The notes beneath the pieces were generated by a model. It saw only the letters and a program-made list of their open reading frames with translations, did no database searches and was not told the DNA's origin. This document shows positions 37,620-51,338 of a stretch of 64,000 nucleotides of DNA, piece after piece. How positions within the stretch are numbered: position 1 is the stretch's first letter; every line of letters starts with the position of its first letter. Position numbers and translations under genes: made by a program. Origin of the DNA: Vicugna vicugna (lineage: Eukaryota); NCBI GenBank assembly GCA_013265495.1, contig MU058384.1:2357690-2421689 (forward strand). The letters run 5' to 3'.

Positions 37620-38272
37620 GCTCAGTGCTACAGCACTCTTTACATCCCTGCTTCCCTGCTTTCACTCTTGCCCCCCGCCGCCACCCCTACCCCAAGTCAG
37701 GCCAATCTTAACCCAGCAGCCTCAGCGACCCTGTAAATCATCAAACGTAAGTCAAGCTGGGTAACTTCACCGCTTAAAACACTTCTCAGAAAGTTTAATA
37801 ACTAACGTCTTTACAATGTTCGCGAAGGCCCTACGTGACCTGCCTCCCTCACCCCACTGCTTCCTCAGCCTCAACACCTGTGCTTCCCCTCCACTCTCCA
37901 CAGAGTCTCCTTGCTGCAATGTGCAGCCTGACCTCCCCCACCGCCTAGAACCCCAGCTGTGCACGTGACTCCCTCCCTCTCTCACTTCTGTCAGGTCTTC
38001 GCTGAAAAACTGTCAGGGACCCTGTTTAAAGTTGTCACATCTTACCTTCATCCTGACCCTCCTGATTCTATCACTGTTTTACTCCAAAGCACTTTCCACC
38101 ATTGAATATACTTTATACTTTCTGCATTTTTTTCAGTATTGCCTGTCTTTTCAGACTAGAATTTAACCTCTAAGATAGGAGTGATGTTTTGGTCTGTTTT
38201 GACATCAGCGTTCGCCCAGGCCTGGTACGTAGTAAGTGTTCAGTAAATTGTAGTTGAAAGACAATGAACGAT
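37620..38272 (+). mobile_element. L2a 3' portion
   Basis: Ends CTAGAATTTAACCTCTAAGATAGG...GCCTGGTACGTAGTAAGTGTTCAGTAAATTGTAGTTGAA. Confidence 0.8.
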
Positions 38273-41200
38273 GCAAAGAACACTAGGTCAGGAGGCTGCG
38301 GTGTTTGGCTTCAGTCACTTCCTAATTGTGTGACTTAACGTAAGTCACATAGTTGGGTCACGCTCTAGTTTTCATTTCTGTGAAAGGATGATATCTATTC
38401 ATCACGCATATGGGTAGCAGGTACAGCTTGTTTAGTGAATAAACGAGTGTATGTTTTACAGACACTGTGTCCGCCTACAGATTGGATCTGGTTGTATTTA
38501 ATGGTACCGTCCATGGGGTTGGTGGTCACTAACAGTCAGCTGAGTCAAAAGATGTCTTTATCCTAGTTACAGTATATATACTAGTCTGTAGAATTTTCTG
38601 CATAGAAATAATTGACTTTAAAGTATTGGTGTAACTTAGGGAACCCAAATGGAATCTGTCACTTCCTTTACATAATTTTCAAGTAATTTATACCTCAGTT
38701 TTTATGTCAGCTCCTGAAATGGTTAAAATTCTCAATTGAAAGTCATGTCTAAATCAGTCACCCCTGGGTGCTTGCCATGGCTAGACGCTGTTAATGGCAC
38801 GTCACGTGAATGGACTTGTTTAAGAAATACTGTCTGGATACCGTAAATACTCAGTAGAAATAATAGTTGTCTTGATAAGCAAGGAAGATCATTAGGGAGA
38901 ACTGAAAACTGGGTGGAGAAACTTAGATGTGGTGAGACAGAACCAAGTATGTAACTCTTCAGAAAGGAAAGACATTGAAAGCACTTGGGGCATTTTGGGG
39001 TCTTGGACTCAGTAACTTCTGTTTCAAGGGCAAATGCACCACTTTGAGACTCTGGGTATGTGCTTCATACCTCTCCTGGATTTGAAGCTCTTTTAAGTCT
39101 AGCCTGTGTCTTATCCAGTGTCTTGCACGTTGCAGATAGTAAGTTAAGTATTTGTTGTGTGAACACCTGGTCAAGGCAGTGCTGAAGGAAATTGCCCTGG
39201 GTTTGGCATGCAGAATGGATTGCAGTGTTCAGAACTAAAATCCTGCTGTCTGGGCCTGGTAGAGGTTGAGAAGAGACAAAAGTGCTGGTCAAAGCAATTT
39301 ATGTAGGCATGCAAGAAAAAGCAGTTATGGAACCACAGATTTCAACACTGGGGCCTCTTTATTTAGGAAAGTCATAGATTTTTGAAATTACTTGTTAGTG
39401 TAGTAAAGCGTCTGTGATTTTCTTTTTCTAGACTTTTTCTAGCTTTATGAAATATGAGTATTTTCACCTTATATTTCTAGTCTTTCTAAGTAAAGATATT
39501 TATGGTGATTACTGTCTTAATAAATGTGATTGGGAACTTACATGTAATCAACAAACACATTGTTCCTCTGTTGAGATTTGTGTGGTGTGAGGCTAGGGGA
39601 ACCAGAAGCTGGTTGCAGTGATGTCTCTGTGGTCTGCCTCTATTCAGCCCTTACTGAACCTCTTCTCTGTACCATCAAATGCAACATTGCAGGGTGTTCC
39701 CTAATTTATGGCTGGCATCTGATGAGCGACTAGTCACCAGAGATATTAAATCAACAATGACTTACTTAGTTCTTGCTAGAACCCATCACTGTGCTAGATG
39801 CATCACATTTTGGCTCTTTAAGGGTGTATATACACTACATGGTGAGCGCTTGCCTAGCTGAGCAGGTGTCTGAGACCATCTCCCTGGGGGAGGATTTGTT
39901 AGCTGGGGACTTTGTTGTTTCTCAGTTAGTTCCCTCCCTCAGTACTCATTCCCAGGATCTGGGTGTACATTATGGATTCTCGTGTTTTGAGAGCTCCTAC
40001 TGCCTCGCAGACCTGATGTGAAGCAACACCTTGAGAGAGCCACGCGGGGTGAGCCTCTCCTAGATTCAGCGTGAAAATGGCTTGACTTGTGAGTGCCCTA
40101 GAGTGACCTGACCCACAGAGCCTTCCCTAGAGCAGGTGCTCGTTAAGGCTGGTGGCATGAAGAGCGCCTCTACCCTGCCATTTTCATGCCCTTCTGGTTC
40201 TTCAAAAAGACTGCACTGGGGACAGTAATGAATGGAAGATAATGGAAGAAGGTGGCAAGAGACTGGAGAGAAGAAGCGGGGATAAGATATAAGGGGAGAC
40301 GAGGCAATGAGTCTCCATACCTCGATTCTGCCTTCTTTTTGCCAACACTTTTCTGACCCCATCTCCTAAATCACTGAAGTAATTAATGGCAGTCTACTGG
40401 GACTCAGTCATGTTTCTGAATATACCCCTTACAGGACTAATTATGCTCTTGTCATATTTAAGGCTTGTTTCTTTTTAAGAAATAGCTTAATAAAGTCTGT
40501 AAGTGGTTGAAAAAGGTGTGGAGCAAGGATAAAGGCTGATCGACTCACTGGTTAAAATCAGTTCAGTGGTACAAGTCTGTCAGGTTTGGGTTTTGTATAT
40601 ATTTATCTTTCTCTAAAAAAAAAAAAACCCTTTATAAAAGTAAAAGCCCCAAGCAGTTGAGATTTCAAGTAACTATATCACTTTATTTTTATCTTTTCAG
40701 TAAACTTCAAAAGAGAAAGTGAGAATAAATATATTTTATTGTTGGTACAAATCCTTTGCCTCTATTCCCGAAGGTTCTCTTTCACTTTGTAACTAGAAAC
40801 GGCTCAGCTAAAGTAGAAACTGGGTAACTGGTGTTTCTGGATTACATTTTGAGATAAACCAGAATTCCTACCTGCACACAGTTGTGTATTGCTTCAGTCC
40901 TGAGTGGCTGGGGATTCACAAAGCTTACAAAAGGCCATTTGTGAGTTTACCTTGGTGGGGGGTTGTGGCTGGTTCTTGGCTCGGTTGCTGTGGTCATCTT
41001 GACTGGTAGTTATTTATTTACATCATTTTTTTCACCAGTGGAAAGTACATAGAGTACTTTCAGTTCCTGGAAAAAGAACTTTGATTTTCACCTTAAAGTA
41101 ATGTATTGCAGTGTTAATCAACACACTCTAGTCCAACGATCAAAAGATCGTTGAAGTCATTTCTTTCCTTGTTAGCTTTTCAGGTCCAGTTCTTCGTCCT

Positions 41201-41689
41201 TAAGCATGAATGTCTGAACGTCGTTCTGTGCTAAGGATCCCAGTTCTGTTTGGTGTGTAAGCAGTTTTTGAGGCAGCTTGTTGCATTTGGGGTGTTCTCG
41301 CGTGTTTCATGAAATGAGAACGACTGGGACTGCTCTCTTCAGCGTTCCTTTGGATGGTCAGACCTTGGTTGTATCCCACACACTGGGGTATGTGTTAGCT
41401 TACCCAGTTGATCTGTGTCATTGTAACCACGTGCTCATGTCACTGTAACCAGGGAAGTTATGTCACTGACATTAGAAATCTTGAAGGTTATGTTTCCAAC
41501 TCCAGCTAATAAAGGTCCGAACAAAAACCCGGTAGGTAGGTTTCCCTCTAGTTTCTGAGGAGGCTGAGCTAGGTTTCTCTCCCATAAATGCTTGTTCAGA
41601 ATGGGGGAAAGAACCTTTTACAGTGGGCCCGTGATGTGAATGCTTTGAAGTTTTCAGTGCCCAAGAAGTTTAATCGTAGTTGTTTAAGT

Positions 41690-41990
41690 CAGTGACTTTC
41701 AAAAGTTTTGTCTGTGTCCAGAGTAACAAATATACTTTACATTTGCTTGTAGTCTACACAGCACATATACATACACACATATACACACACACACCACATA
41801 CACACATTCACATACATAATGAAACAAAAACTGTGTGAAACTACTTAGCCTTACTGTGTGGCTACATGTGATACTATTTTCTCTTCGATTTTATTCTATT
41901 CTGTTTTATTAGACAGAAGTTGTCAGTCCCAACCTACTAAACTGACTTTATCACTCTCAATTAGGTTACAGCCTTAAATGGGCAGAATAG
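41690..41990. mobile_element. hAT-Charlie MITE with an internal CA-rich microsatellite
   Basis: CAGTGACTTTCAAAAG start, TGAAACAAAAAC..GTGAAAC..TACTTAGCCTTACT core; (CA)n at ~41767-41815. Confidence 0.55.
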
Positions 41991-42884
41991 TGGCTTGAGT
42001 AGACTTCACTTCTGTTGGTAGGGATTACCATTCTGAACACCAGCTAGCTCCTTCACATGTTATGATGCATTTCTGCGGATAATCCACTGTCATTTCACTG
42101 TTGTAGAAAGGCCTGGCACACCAGAAGCACCTTGAGAGGCCGTGCAGATTAGTGGTGCATCTCAGGAAACCATCTGGTCTGAGAACTGACTAACGCTGTG
42201 AGCACCTGAGCGTTCACACGCCATAGTGAGTCCTCCTCCAGGTGTCCCCTGTGCGCCTAGGCTAGGGCCATGTGATGGATAAGGGAAAATGCTTGAAAAC
42301 TCGCTGGCAGGATGGAGCGATTTCCGGTATGGGCCTGGCTCCCTGCTGGAGCGCAGCCTTGCAGGGCCTGCTGATGCACCTGCCAGCCGGCCCAAGGGGA
42401 GGCTCGTGAGTAGCAATGTCTGGTGAGTTTCTGCCTTATTCTGGAGATTTCTCTGTCATGCTTACTGGCCTGCTGTCCACGCCCCCCACCCCCTCAGAGG
42501 AAAATTAGTTGAGAAGTTCAGTCCATTTAACTTTACTTTCAAATCATCAGACTCTAACCTGTATATGTATCAAGAAATCCTATGCCTGAACTGGAAGAAA
42601 AGCTGCATTTTCTTTGAAACAAGTTATTGAAAAAAAAAAGAAAACCTGATGATTAGAGAAAATTTTCTATTGTGTTCATGTGGGCTACATGTTAGCTTAC
42701 ACAAAATGTTAGAGGAAGATGCCTTTTATTATTTGTATTTCTGTATAACAGAAGCTTGCTTCATTCATCCTTCGGCATTCTGAAACAATTAAAAAAGTTG
42801 TTTCATTGAACTTTTTTTAAAGTATGCTCTGCGGATAGAGTCTGTTTGCAGGTCATGGTTTACCCGGTACTCATTCATGTACAC

Positions 42885-43040
42885 TCGTGTATGGTCTCAT
42901 TTCACCATCCTGACAGTGCTGTGAGATGGGCAGGACAGGTGGTGTCACCCACCCCCTTTTGTGTTGAGAAAGGTGTCCCTGAGAGATTGTGACTTGCCTG
43001 AAGCCTTGTAGATAATAATGGTGTAGTTGGACTTGAACCC
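42885..43040 (-). mobile_element. MIR SINE
   Basis: CTGAGAGATTGTGACTTGCCTGAAG...GGACTTGAACCC. Confidence 0.7.
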
Positions 43041-43958
43041 ACTTCTTGAGACTTAGTCCCTCGCTTTCTCCAGGACACGGGGTAGGGTCCCTGCTCGATC
43101 CTCAGAGAACAGTGGAAGCTTGTTTTGATGCCTTGGTGTCACTGTGAGTAGTCGTTGAACCTTGTAAGAAGCTGGTGACACCCTGGTGGTTGTTGAGGTT
43201 TGTAAGGATCTCTGCTTTGGCATGAAGTGGGTGCCCACTGCCTGCTTTTTCTTCCTCTTTTGCTGTGAGGCTGTTAGCTTTCTCTTTTCACCTGTGTAGT
43301 TGTGCCTGCATCTTGTCCCCACCACTCTCTGCTCTGCTGTTTCTAATACGTTACCTTGGTGTGTAGGGTCTGGTTTATTATAACATTATTGACCGGAAGA
43401 TTTTAAGACGATCCTAAGCCACAATCCTGTGAGTTTTGCTATCTGTCCAGAGACCATTTTGGCTTCTTGCATCTTGGCCATATTTTGAGTGGCTGAGTTT
43501 TTCAGAAAAGTGATCTCTTAATAAGTGGGATGTTCTGTGATACGTAAATATGTTTTTTGCACATCTATCTTCTGTTGGCTTTTCCTTTTACTACAGTCGA
43601 ATAAAGCACTATTTGTGTTTGCATTAATGTTATAGAACTGTGACTATATATGGGCGCCCCAGTTCCTCTTGTAAACGTTACATTTAAACACGTCTATAAA
43701 ATCACTCTGACTTTGCAAGTAGGGTTATGGCGTTGTTTCACTTAAGCAATAACTTTCAAGCTGTGGTTTCACCATTAACCACCTTCTCTAATGTGTTGAC
43801 TTCTCCCTTCTCTCCATCTGATCTTTGGACACCAAATTTATTTTCTTGTTTTTCATGTGGTTGAAATTGCTTCTCCATGTCTTCAATTTCATATCTTTCT
43901 TCACATCATTGCTTATTTTTTAAAATGTCCAAAAATAGTGATGGTAAGACATATTTCT

Positions 43959-44414
43959 TTTTTTTTTTTATCGAAGTGTAGTCAGTTTACAATGTTGTGT
44001 CAGTTTCTGGTGTACAATGTAGTGCCTCAGTCTTACATATAATATGCGTATATTCGTTTTCACTCTTTTTCATTATAGGTTACTACAAGGTATTGACTAC
44101 AGTTCCCCGTGCTCTACAGAAGAAACCTGTTGTTTATTTTATATGTACTAGTTAGTATCTGCAAATCTTGAACTCTTGATTTATCCCTTCCCACCCCCTT
44201 TCCCCCTGGTAACCATAAGTTTGTTTTGTATGTCTGTGAGTCTGTCTTATAAATAAGTTCATTTGTGTCTTTTTTTTTTAGATTCCACATATAAGTGATA
44301 TCTTACGGTATTTCTCTTTCTCTTTCTGGCTTACTTCATTTAGAATGATGATCTCCAGGTCCATCCATGTTGCTGCAAATGGTATTGTTTTATTCTTTCT
44401 TATGGTTGAGTAGT
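43959..44414 (-). mobile_element. 5'-truncated LINE-1 (3'UTR + ORF2 end), artiodactyl/camelid type
   Basis: Poly-T then TCGAAGTGTAGTCAGTTTACAATGTTGTG...GTCCATCCATGTTGCTGCAAATGG. Decayed TSD AAGACATATTTCT (43946-43958) / AGGATGTATTTCT (44415-44427). Confidence 0.9.
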
Positions 44415-47400
44415 AGGATGTATTTCTATCATCTGAAATTCTACTCCACTAAACATTTTTAACCAAATACTTTAAATGACATTTGATCCTCATTAACACA
44501 AATGCAAATTGTATAAAATATAACTTAAAAAGTTGATTTGACTCCTGCTTTTTGTGTGAATTTTTTAATAAATCACTAATATCCCAGCACTCAAAACTAA
44601 TAAGACCATTTTTTTTAATATGACCTTTTAATAGTCTGCTGAAATTCTCTGAACATAAGAGAATTGATAAAAGATGCTCACTCCTGTTATCCAAAGCTTT
44701 GGACACCCAACATTGTTCACACTGTGTTGTGTTTGTGGAGTCTCAGGGATGATGGCAACTGTAAAGACATCTCTCTTTTTGGATGAAGTGAAATTTCAAA
44801 GAATTCTGACTGTTTCGTATATACCTAGAGAAACCAGCTTCAGCAACTCTTAGCTCATGGAAGCGATGACCACGTATTTTCCTCTCTCAGTGCCATTGAG
44901 AGCATTTTAGGAAATATTGGTATATAGTCCCCAAATCGGAGTTATGAAGAGATCCAAGTAGAGTTCCCTTAAAAAACAAAGCTAATTGGTCAGGACTGGG
45001 AGAATAACCTCGTGTGGCCGATGAGAAGCGGGGACCCGGGGAGCTGAGTTCACTTGCTTCACGGCCTCACAGCCGAGAGCAGCCCGGTTAGGCTGTGCTC
45101 TTGTGTCCCTCTCGCCTCTTTTAAATGGTACTGAGGCTGTGTTCCTTTCTCTTAGTTTCTTTAGTTCTGACAATCCTGACTGCCCTGTAAAGGTCAAGTG
45201 ACAGATTCCTTTGCTGACCTTACAGAACAGGTTTTGGAAGCTTTTCACCCACTCTGTGTCACACAGAAAGTTTTCTCAATAGATGTGCCAAAGACAAGCC
45301 ACTTCCTAATGGTGGCAGAGGCAAATAAGGGACAGCATCAACCCTGAACACAGGCTCTCCAGTGTCACTTTTACTCCACTTACAAAAGCAAAATTCATTC
45401 AGATTTTAAATAATTGAAGGAAAAAACAAAAACGAAAACAAAGCCCCCCAAACAAACAGAAAACCCCAAGGGTCCCAGGCTGCAGCCTTTCCTTTGTATG
45501 AACTGAAGTCCTTAGAGACAGTTGAATAACTTAATAGAGCCGTCAGAGGCACACCTGCCTCAAAAGAAATAAGTGCATTTGAAACTGTAAACTTGGTATT
45601 CTGTTTTTGACATAAGTTTTTTCTTCTGGAGGGACTGTGGGTTTTTATTATCATTAATAGCTGAATTTGCAGGGATTCATTAAATAAAATTAGAACATGA
45701 AGTAAATGCCAGCTATTTCCATCAACAGAACTGTGGGTGACTTCTAGTAGAACTTTACTGATGTTAAGTAAAGGAGAGAGGGAGGGAGAGGGAACGGGGT
45801 GGGGGCAGGAAGGGAGAGAGGAAGAGGTAAAACAAAAATGAAAAAGGAAAAGGCTGGGAGCTGTTTGTCATGATCACAGAGGAGGGTCAGAACAGAGTTG
45901 TTTCTGTGGGATGCTCTGTTCTCTGCAGACCTTGTCGCTCTGTGATTATCATGCACCACGGCAAGATGCCACCCTGAAACTGGTCTGCCAATTTGAAGAA
46001 TCGTTTTCTTGCTTATTTTTAAACTTCTAAGAACAGAGAAAGACTGAAGGAGCCTAAATGCTGTGGTTTTCTTAAACCATTATTGTTGTAAATCCTATGG
46101 GTCCTGAAATAACTTGCTGTTCCTGAAGTTTCAAACTGCCTGACTGCTCAGAAGACTTGGCAGTTGAAAGGGAAATGGTTAGCTCTTTCCTTTAAGCGTT
46201 GTCCCCAAGGCTTAAGTGGGTCACAAGTTGGAGAATGTGGTGATTTCAGAAATAGACTACCTTTTTAAAATGGAAATTCTCTAGTTCTTTACACAGAGCT
46301 TTGAAGTTTTCAAATAGAGTTGGCTCCAAAATAAAATATTTTAAATTTATAAATCTTAAATAACTTAAATATTAAAGTATTCGATTGTACAGAAATTATC
46401 AGTAGCCTGGGCGTTTTTAACTTGGTGTCTTCCTTTTAATTTTTATGTTTTTGCTTGATGATTAAAAGTAATTACAGTCCAGTTACTCTGTCTAGTTATG
46501 GGCTTATGTTTTACTAACAAGTAAATTGTGGCAGAACTTATGTTCCTTCTGGTTGGCTGGCACTTGATCTTGAATACTTTTGTAGTCTGACTTCTCTTTA
46601 GAGTGATTTAGGATGGTGATTTTGTGGGTGGAAGAGTTGCACCTGTTTCTGTAGTTGAAGGTTGATTATTGTTTCAGCTTCTTCAGATTACTCAGATGCT
46701 TAGGAGAAAATGATACAAATGACCTCTTTATTTTAGGTTAGTTGTATTTTTTTTGTGGAGTGGGAGGGTGGCCATTGATATGTGTATTCTGGGAGTCAGT
46801 CCCTCAACAAACACATGGATGAAATATACAGCGTGAAAGGATGTAAGGTTATTTTTGTGTGCATTAACCTAGACTCTCTAAAATGTAATATACATATGTT
46901 AGGCATCCTGACAATGGCAAAGCTTTAAGAGCATGAAATTTGCACTCTAGTGGTTTTATTTTTCTCCTATAATACATTCCATTGTAAGTTCACTAAGAAA
47001 GGGGATCTGGGGTCATTATTATGACATCTTTTGGTGTCCTCCCTCCAGCTGGACACACTGACTTCAACATTCTTGTATGAATACTTCCAGAAAAATTCTG
47101 TTTTTTTCCTCCCTCCCACCCCCCTTTTCCACTTCTATCATCCTTCAAACATTTAATTTGGGCTGAATGAGAGAAGAAAAAACTGCTTTCTGAGTTTGGT
47201 GAACGTGCCTTGAGAGAGAATGGTGTGTTTGTGTGTTGAAAATGAAGCCTCTTTGGACTATTAATCTTTAAAGAAATGATGATTTATAAAAATTCTACCA
47301 TAAGTTTAACTATTCAGTAACTATCCTTTAATGATGAGTTTTAATACAGCTTTATGTGGGGAAATAGTATCTATTTATCTAATTTTACAGAATGTTAAAT

Positions 47401-47559
47401 ATTTTTATGACTTTTCATGAGAATCATTATGCTATTAGATATCTCATCCGGGTTTCCAGGTTTTATACATTCTCCACTATTTGCTTTTGGATGAACTAGT
47501 AAAGGTAATAATTCTGTAAGCATTGATTGTCTGTTGGGTTTCAGGCACCTCTCAGGGCA

Positions 47560-48070
47560 CTGGAAGTTAAGTGTGAATGAGCAAGTCCTTATTTTGAGGA
47601 ACTCTCATTTTAGACAGAAATGTGACACTGTCTGAGCTGCATAAATAAAGCTGGGGGAGAGAATCGTGGTCAAAGGTGGCTTCAGAGAAATAAGAAAAAC
47701 AGGCTGTGGGAGGGGGGCTATATTCCAGACAAAGAAAGTTGTAGTCTGATCAAGGACAGTGCAGCTACAAGGCCATATGGAATATGGAACAGAGCCTACT
47801 GATGGGGCCCCTTAAAGGGATATGTCCAGAAAAGTCGGGGAAAAGAACTGAATTCAAGTCCAAAAGAGCCTTTATTGCTAGATGAGGAGTTTGGGGTTTA
47901 TTCTTACCTTGTGTTTTTTACGTAAGTGGGAACATGATTTTCTCCCTGCAGAAGGAGAGAATGGAGGCACTGGGGCTCTTTGGGGAAGATGTAGCAGGTA
48001 TGGAGGTGGATTAAGAGGTCAGAAGACTCAGAAAGAAAGAACAAACTACTAGAAAATTATAGAGGAGTAT
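47560..48070 (-). mobile_element. L2 fragment (antisense)
   Basis: GAGGAACTCTCATTTTAG...TATTCCAGACAAAG...GAGGAGTTTGGGGTTTATTCT pattern. Confidence 0.5.
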
Positions 48071-49994
48071 TAGCACTCGAAGAAACATCTTAGCCTCAGG
48101 CACTACCTTTGGAAGCTTCATCAGACTGGATGCGTGGAGCAAGGTGTCACAGGGAAGGCGCCTTCCTGCTGCCACTGCCTGGGAGGTAAGCTGTGCCCCT
48201 GAGTGAGCTAGACCAGAGCCAGTGGACAGCAGTGGAGTCCAGGCAACTCTGCACGTCCTACAGGGATCAGGAGCAGCTGTCAGATTATCTCAGCTAAGAG
48301 CTCAGGTCCACTTGGACACTCGTTCTCGGGGGAAATAGGACCAGAGGGGCCCAAGGGTTCTTTAAAAAAAAAATCAAATCATTTGGGTGTTAGGAGAGCT
48401 AGGGTGCCATGAATGAGATTACAGACACATTTCTTGATCTGGAGCCAAGTGGGGGCTGCCTTCTTGGTTGTGATGTTAAGAAGTCTAGAGGTGGCTCTGA
48501 AGAAAAAAAAAAGTGGAAATAATTCTAAGGATTGGCTCAGGAGAGCATATTTTAAAATGGCCAATTAGAGCAGAATTTCTATGATTCCAGGAGAAAACAC
48601 AGTGATGTGAATGAGGCTACGTAAGGCTACAAGCCATTGAAGAGCCCCAGTGCAGTGTTTGCGGGTTGCCTTAGAGCTTTGTGATTGGTATGTGTCCAGC
48701 ACAAAGTAACCTGTCTCTTTAATGAGCCAGGATTCAAACATCTCCTAATGGAAAATTGACTGCAGAGAGGATGAAAGTTGCCCTTGGGATCAAGTAGGTC
48801 AGCCCTGGCTACAGCAGGCAGAAAAATCCAACAGGATATAGGGTCAGACGATGTTAGGAGGAGGAAGTGTCTGGAACAAAGTCCTATGTTCCAGATTCCA
48901 GATAGTGAACCAGCGCTGCCTTCAGAGGTGGCCAGACTAGGGCACCACCACCAGTGGTCATTCAAAGTTATAATGCTGTCATTTTCTTTCCTTCTTTATC
49001 TTGGGCTTATGATAGTCATATATATACACAGAAAAACCCAGATTGAATCTCTCTCTTTTTTGAGCAATTCAGAATATTGTAAGAATGAAATACTCCAGAA
49101 AAACAGGTGAGATGGGACTAACTAACACTTTGGTAAGATGTTCAGATGGTACCGCTCAGCCTTGGCCACCAGAAGGGCTTCTCCTCTGGTCATCCTAATA
49201 TGAACAGTATCAGAGGGTTTCAGCATCTTCAGTCTCTAGCAATACAGGGGGACATGGGAGCACTGGTGATCGGGAACATGTCTTATGGCTCCTCAGTTTT
49301 TTAAAGCACTGAGATATGCCTAGAGATATATGGCTGAAAACAGGCCTTGCTAGATCATATTCTATATGCTATTCATACTCATTCAGGCCTGATGGAATAC
49401 CTTTCTAGTTGATGTGAAACAGCCCCTCGAATGGGTATGGATAAGAGTTTTTCCATCTACGTCTGACTTTTTGGTTAAGAGTCAAAATCAGGATTCAGAA
49501 GGAAAAAATACGGCTTGCCTGTTTTTCTTGGATAATTTTTGTTTTGTGTTTTGCCAGGAACAAAGTAGAATTTTGAGGCCATCTAGACTCACTCGTTATA
49601 TGCATTATGCAAATTAATTCCTAATTTACCCACATTCCCCACTATTTTATTGAGATCAAACAAAATTTTTTAGCAGGCCAATGAAATAGCACTGGAGTGG
49701 TTTGGAAGACATAAGTATCTAGACATTTTTGGCTGTATGTGTGGCTACCACTCCCTCTGGCCAAGGTAACAATGTTAAACTTTAACACTGATGCTGGATG
49801 TTGTAATGCTAACAAGGGAAAAATATGGTTGGGGCTCTAAGGTCATGGTTGGCAAAGGGAGACCTTTGTTCTGCCCAGAGGGCTGGTCAGTCCTGCAAGC
49901 CAGCATCATCCTGGCCCACTCCCTTCACATAGGCTTCCTGAGGATTTAGTTTTGAACTTCAGTAGCAATGATCCATTGTGGTAAATAACAATAA

Positions 49995-50465
49995 TTTTTT
50001 TCTTCTAGTTTTATTGAGATATAATTGACATACAGCACTGGTGCACAGCAGAATGGTTTAACTTACATACATCATGAAATGATGACCACAGTAAGCGAGT
50101 GAACATCCGTCTCATACAGACAGAACATTAAAGAAATAGAAAAAAATGTTTCTTCCTTGTGATGAGAACTCTTAGAATTTACTCTCTTAACAACTTTCAT
50201 ATTTACATAAAGCCATGTTAATTCTCTCTCTCATGTTGTACATACATCCCTAGTTCCTGGTACACAACACAGTAATTTAATATTTCTCTGTATTTCAAAA
50301 TGATCACCATGATAAGTCTAGTTGTCATCTGTCACCTTAACAAAGTTATTATGTAATTACTAACTATATTCCCCATACTGTACATTTCATTTATTTTGTA
50401 ACTGACAATTTGTGCCTCTTAATTTCCTCACCGAATCTATGTCCCCCCACTATCTCTGTCCCCAG
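49995..50465 (-). mobile_element. LINE-1 3'UTR fragment (L1MA-like)
   Basis: TTTTATTGAGATATAATTGACATACAGCACTG...GTGATGAGAACTCTTAGAATTTACTCTCTTAACAACTTTC, a typical antisense L1M 3' end. Confidence 0.8.
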
Positions 50466-50890
50466 ATAGTAATTTTAATAAATAGTTCTTAATATTTTTC
50501 CTAATTTGAACTGTATGCCTTTTCATGTTTTATTTTTCAAATATATTCACAGTTGTTTGGTGGTGAAGACAGTGAGTTTATTTTTCTTAATGACAATCTG
50601 ATTTAATATTAATAAAAGCCTGTTCTATCTCCACTGCCTGCATTTCGTGCTGTGAACTTTTCAGAGGGTGATACCTATGATTTCACTGATCTAATAGAAG
50701 ATGGTATTTGTGCTATTGAGTAGTGTTAGTTATATTATGGAAGGATTTTTTTTTCAGTAAAAATTTAGCCACTGTAAGTACAGCAAGATGGGAAAAGCAG
50801 GTTTTAAGCCCATGTGATCATAAACTGAAGTCAGTTTTAAAAGGAAAAAAAAAATCTCATCCCTTCTTCCCCAGTTGTTACCTTGCTAAA

Positions 50891-51338
50891 TGCATTAGTT
50901 TCCTTGAGCTGCTGTACCAAAGTTCCACAAATGGGGTTGCTTAAAACAACAGAAATTTATTCTGCCACAGTTCCGGAGGCTGGAAGTCTGAAATCAAGGT
51001 GTCTACAGGGGCATATGCCTCCCAGGGCTCTGGGGGAGAACATTTCCTTGCCTCTTCCAGCTTCTATGGCTCTAGGTGGTCCTTGCCTTGTGGCCACATA
51101 ACTCCAGTCTTGACGTCCATCTTCATGTGGACTTCTCTGTGTCTCTGTTATCCTTTTCTGTCTCTTATAAGGATACTGATATTGTCCTTAACACCATCCT
51201 AATCCAGTATCATCCCATCTTGATCCTTCCCATAGGTATGTCTACAAAGAACCCTATTTCCAAGTATGGTCACATCCTGAGGTTCTGGTAGACAGGAGCC
51301 TTGTGGGAGGGGAATGGGACATTATTCAACTCCTTACA
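50891..51338 (-). mobile_element. MLT1C-like solo LTR
   Basis: TGCATTAGTTTCC...GCTTAAAACAACAGAAATTTATTC...ACAGTTCCGGAGGCTGGAAGTCTGAAATCAAGGTGTC; TSD CTAAA/TTAAA. Confidence 0.9.
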
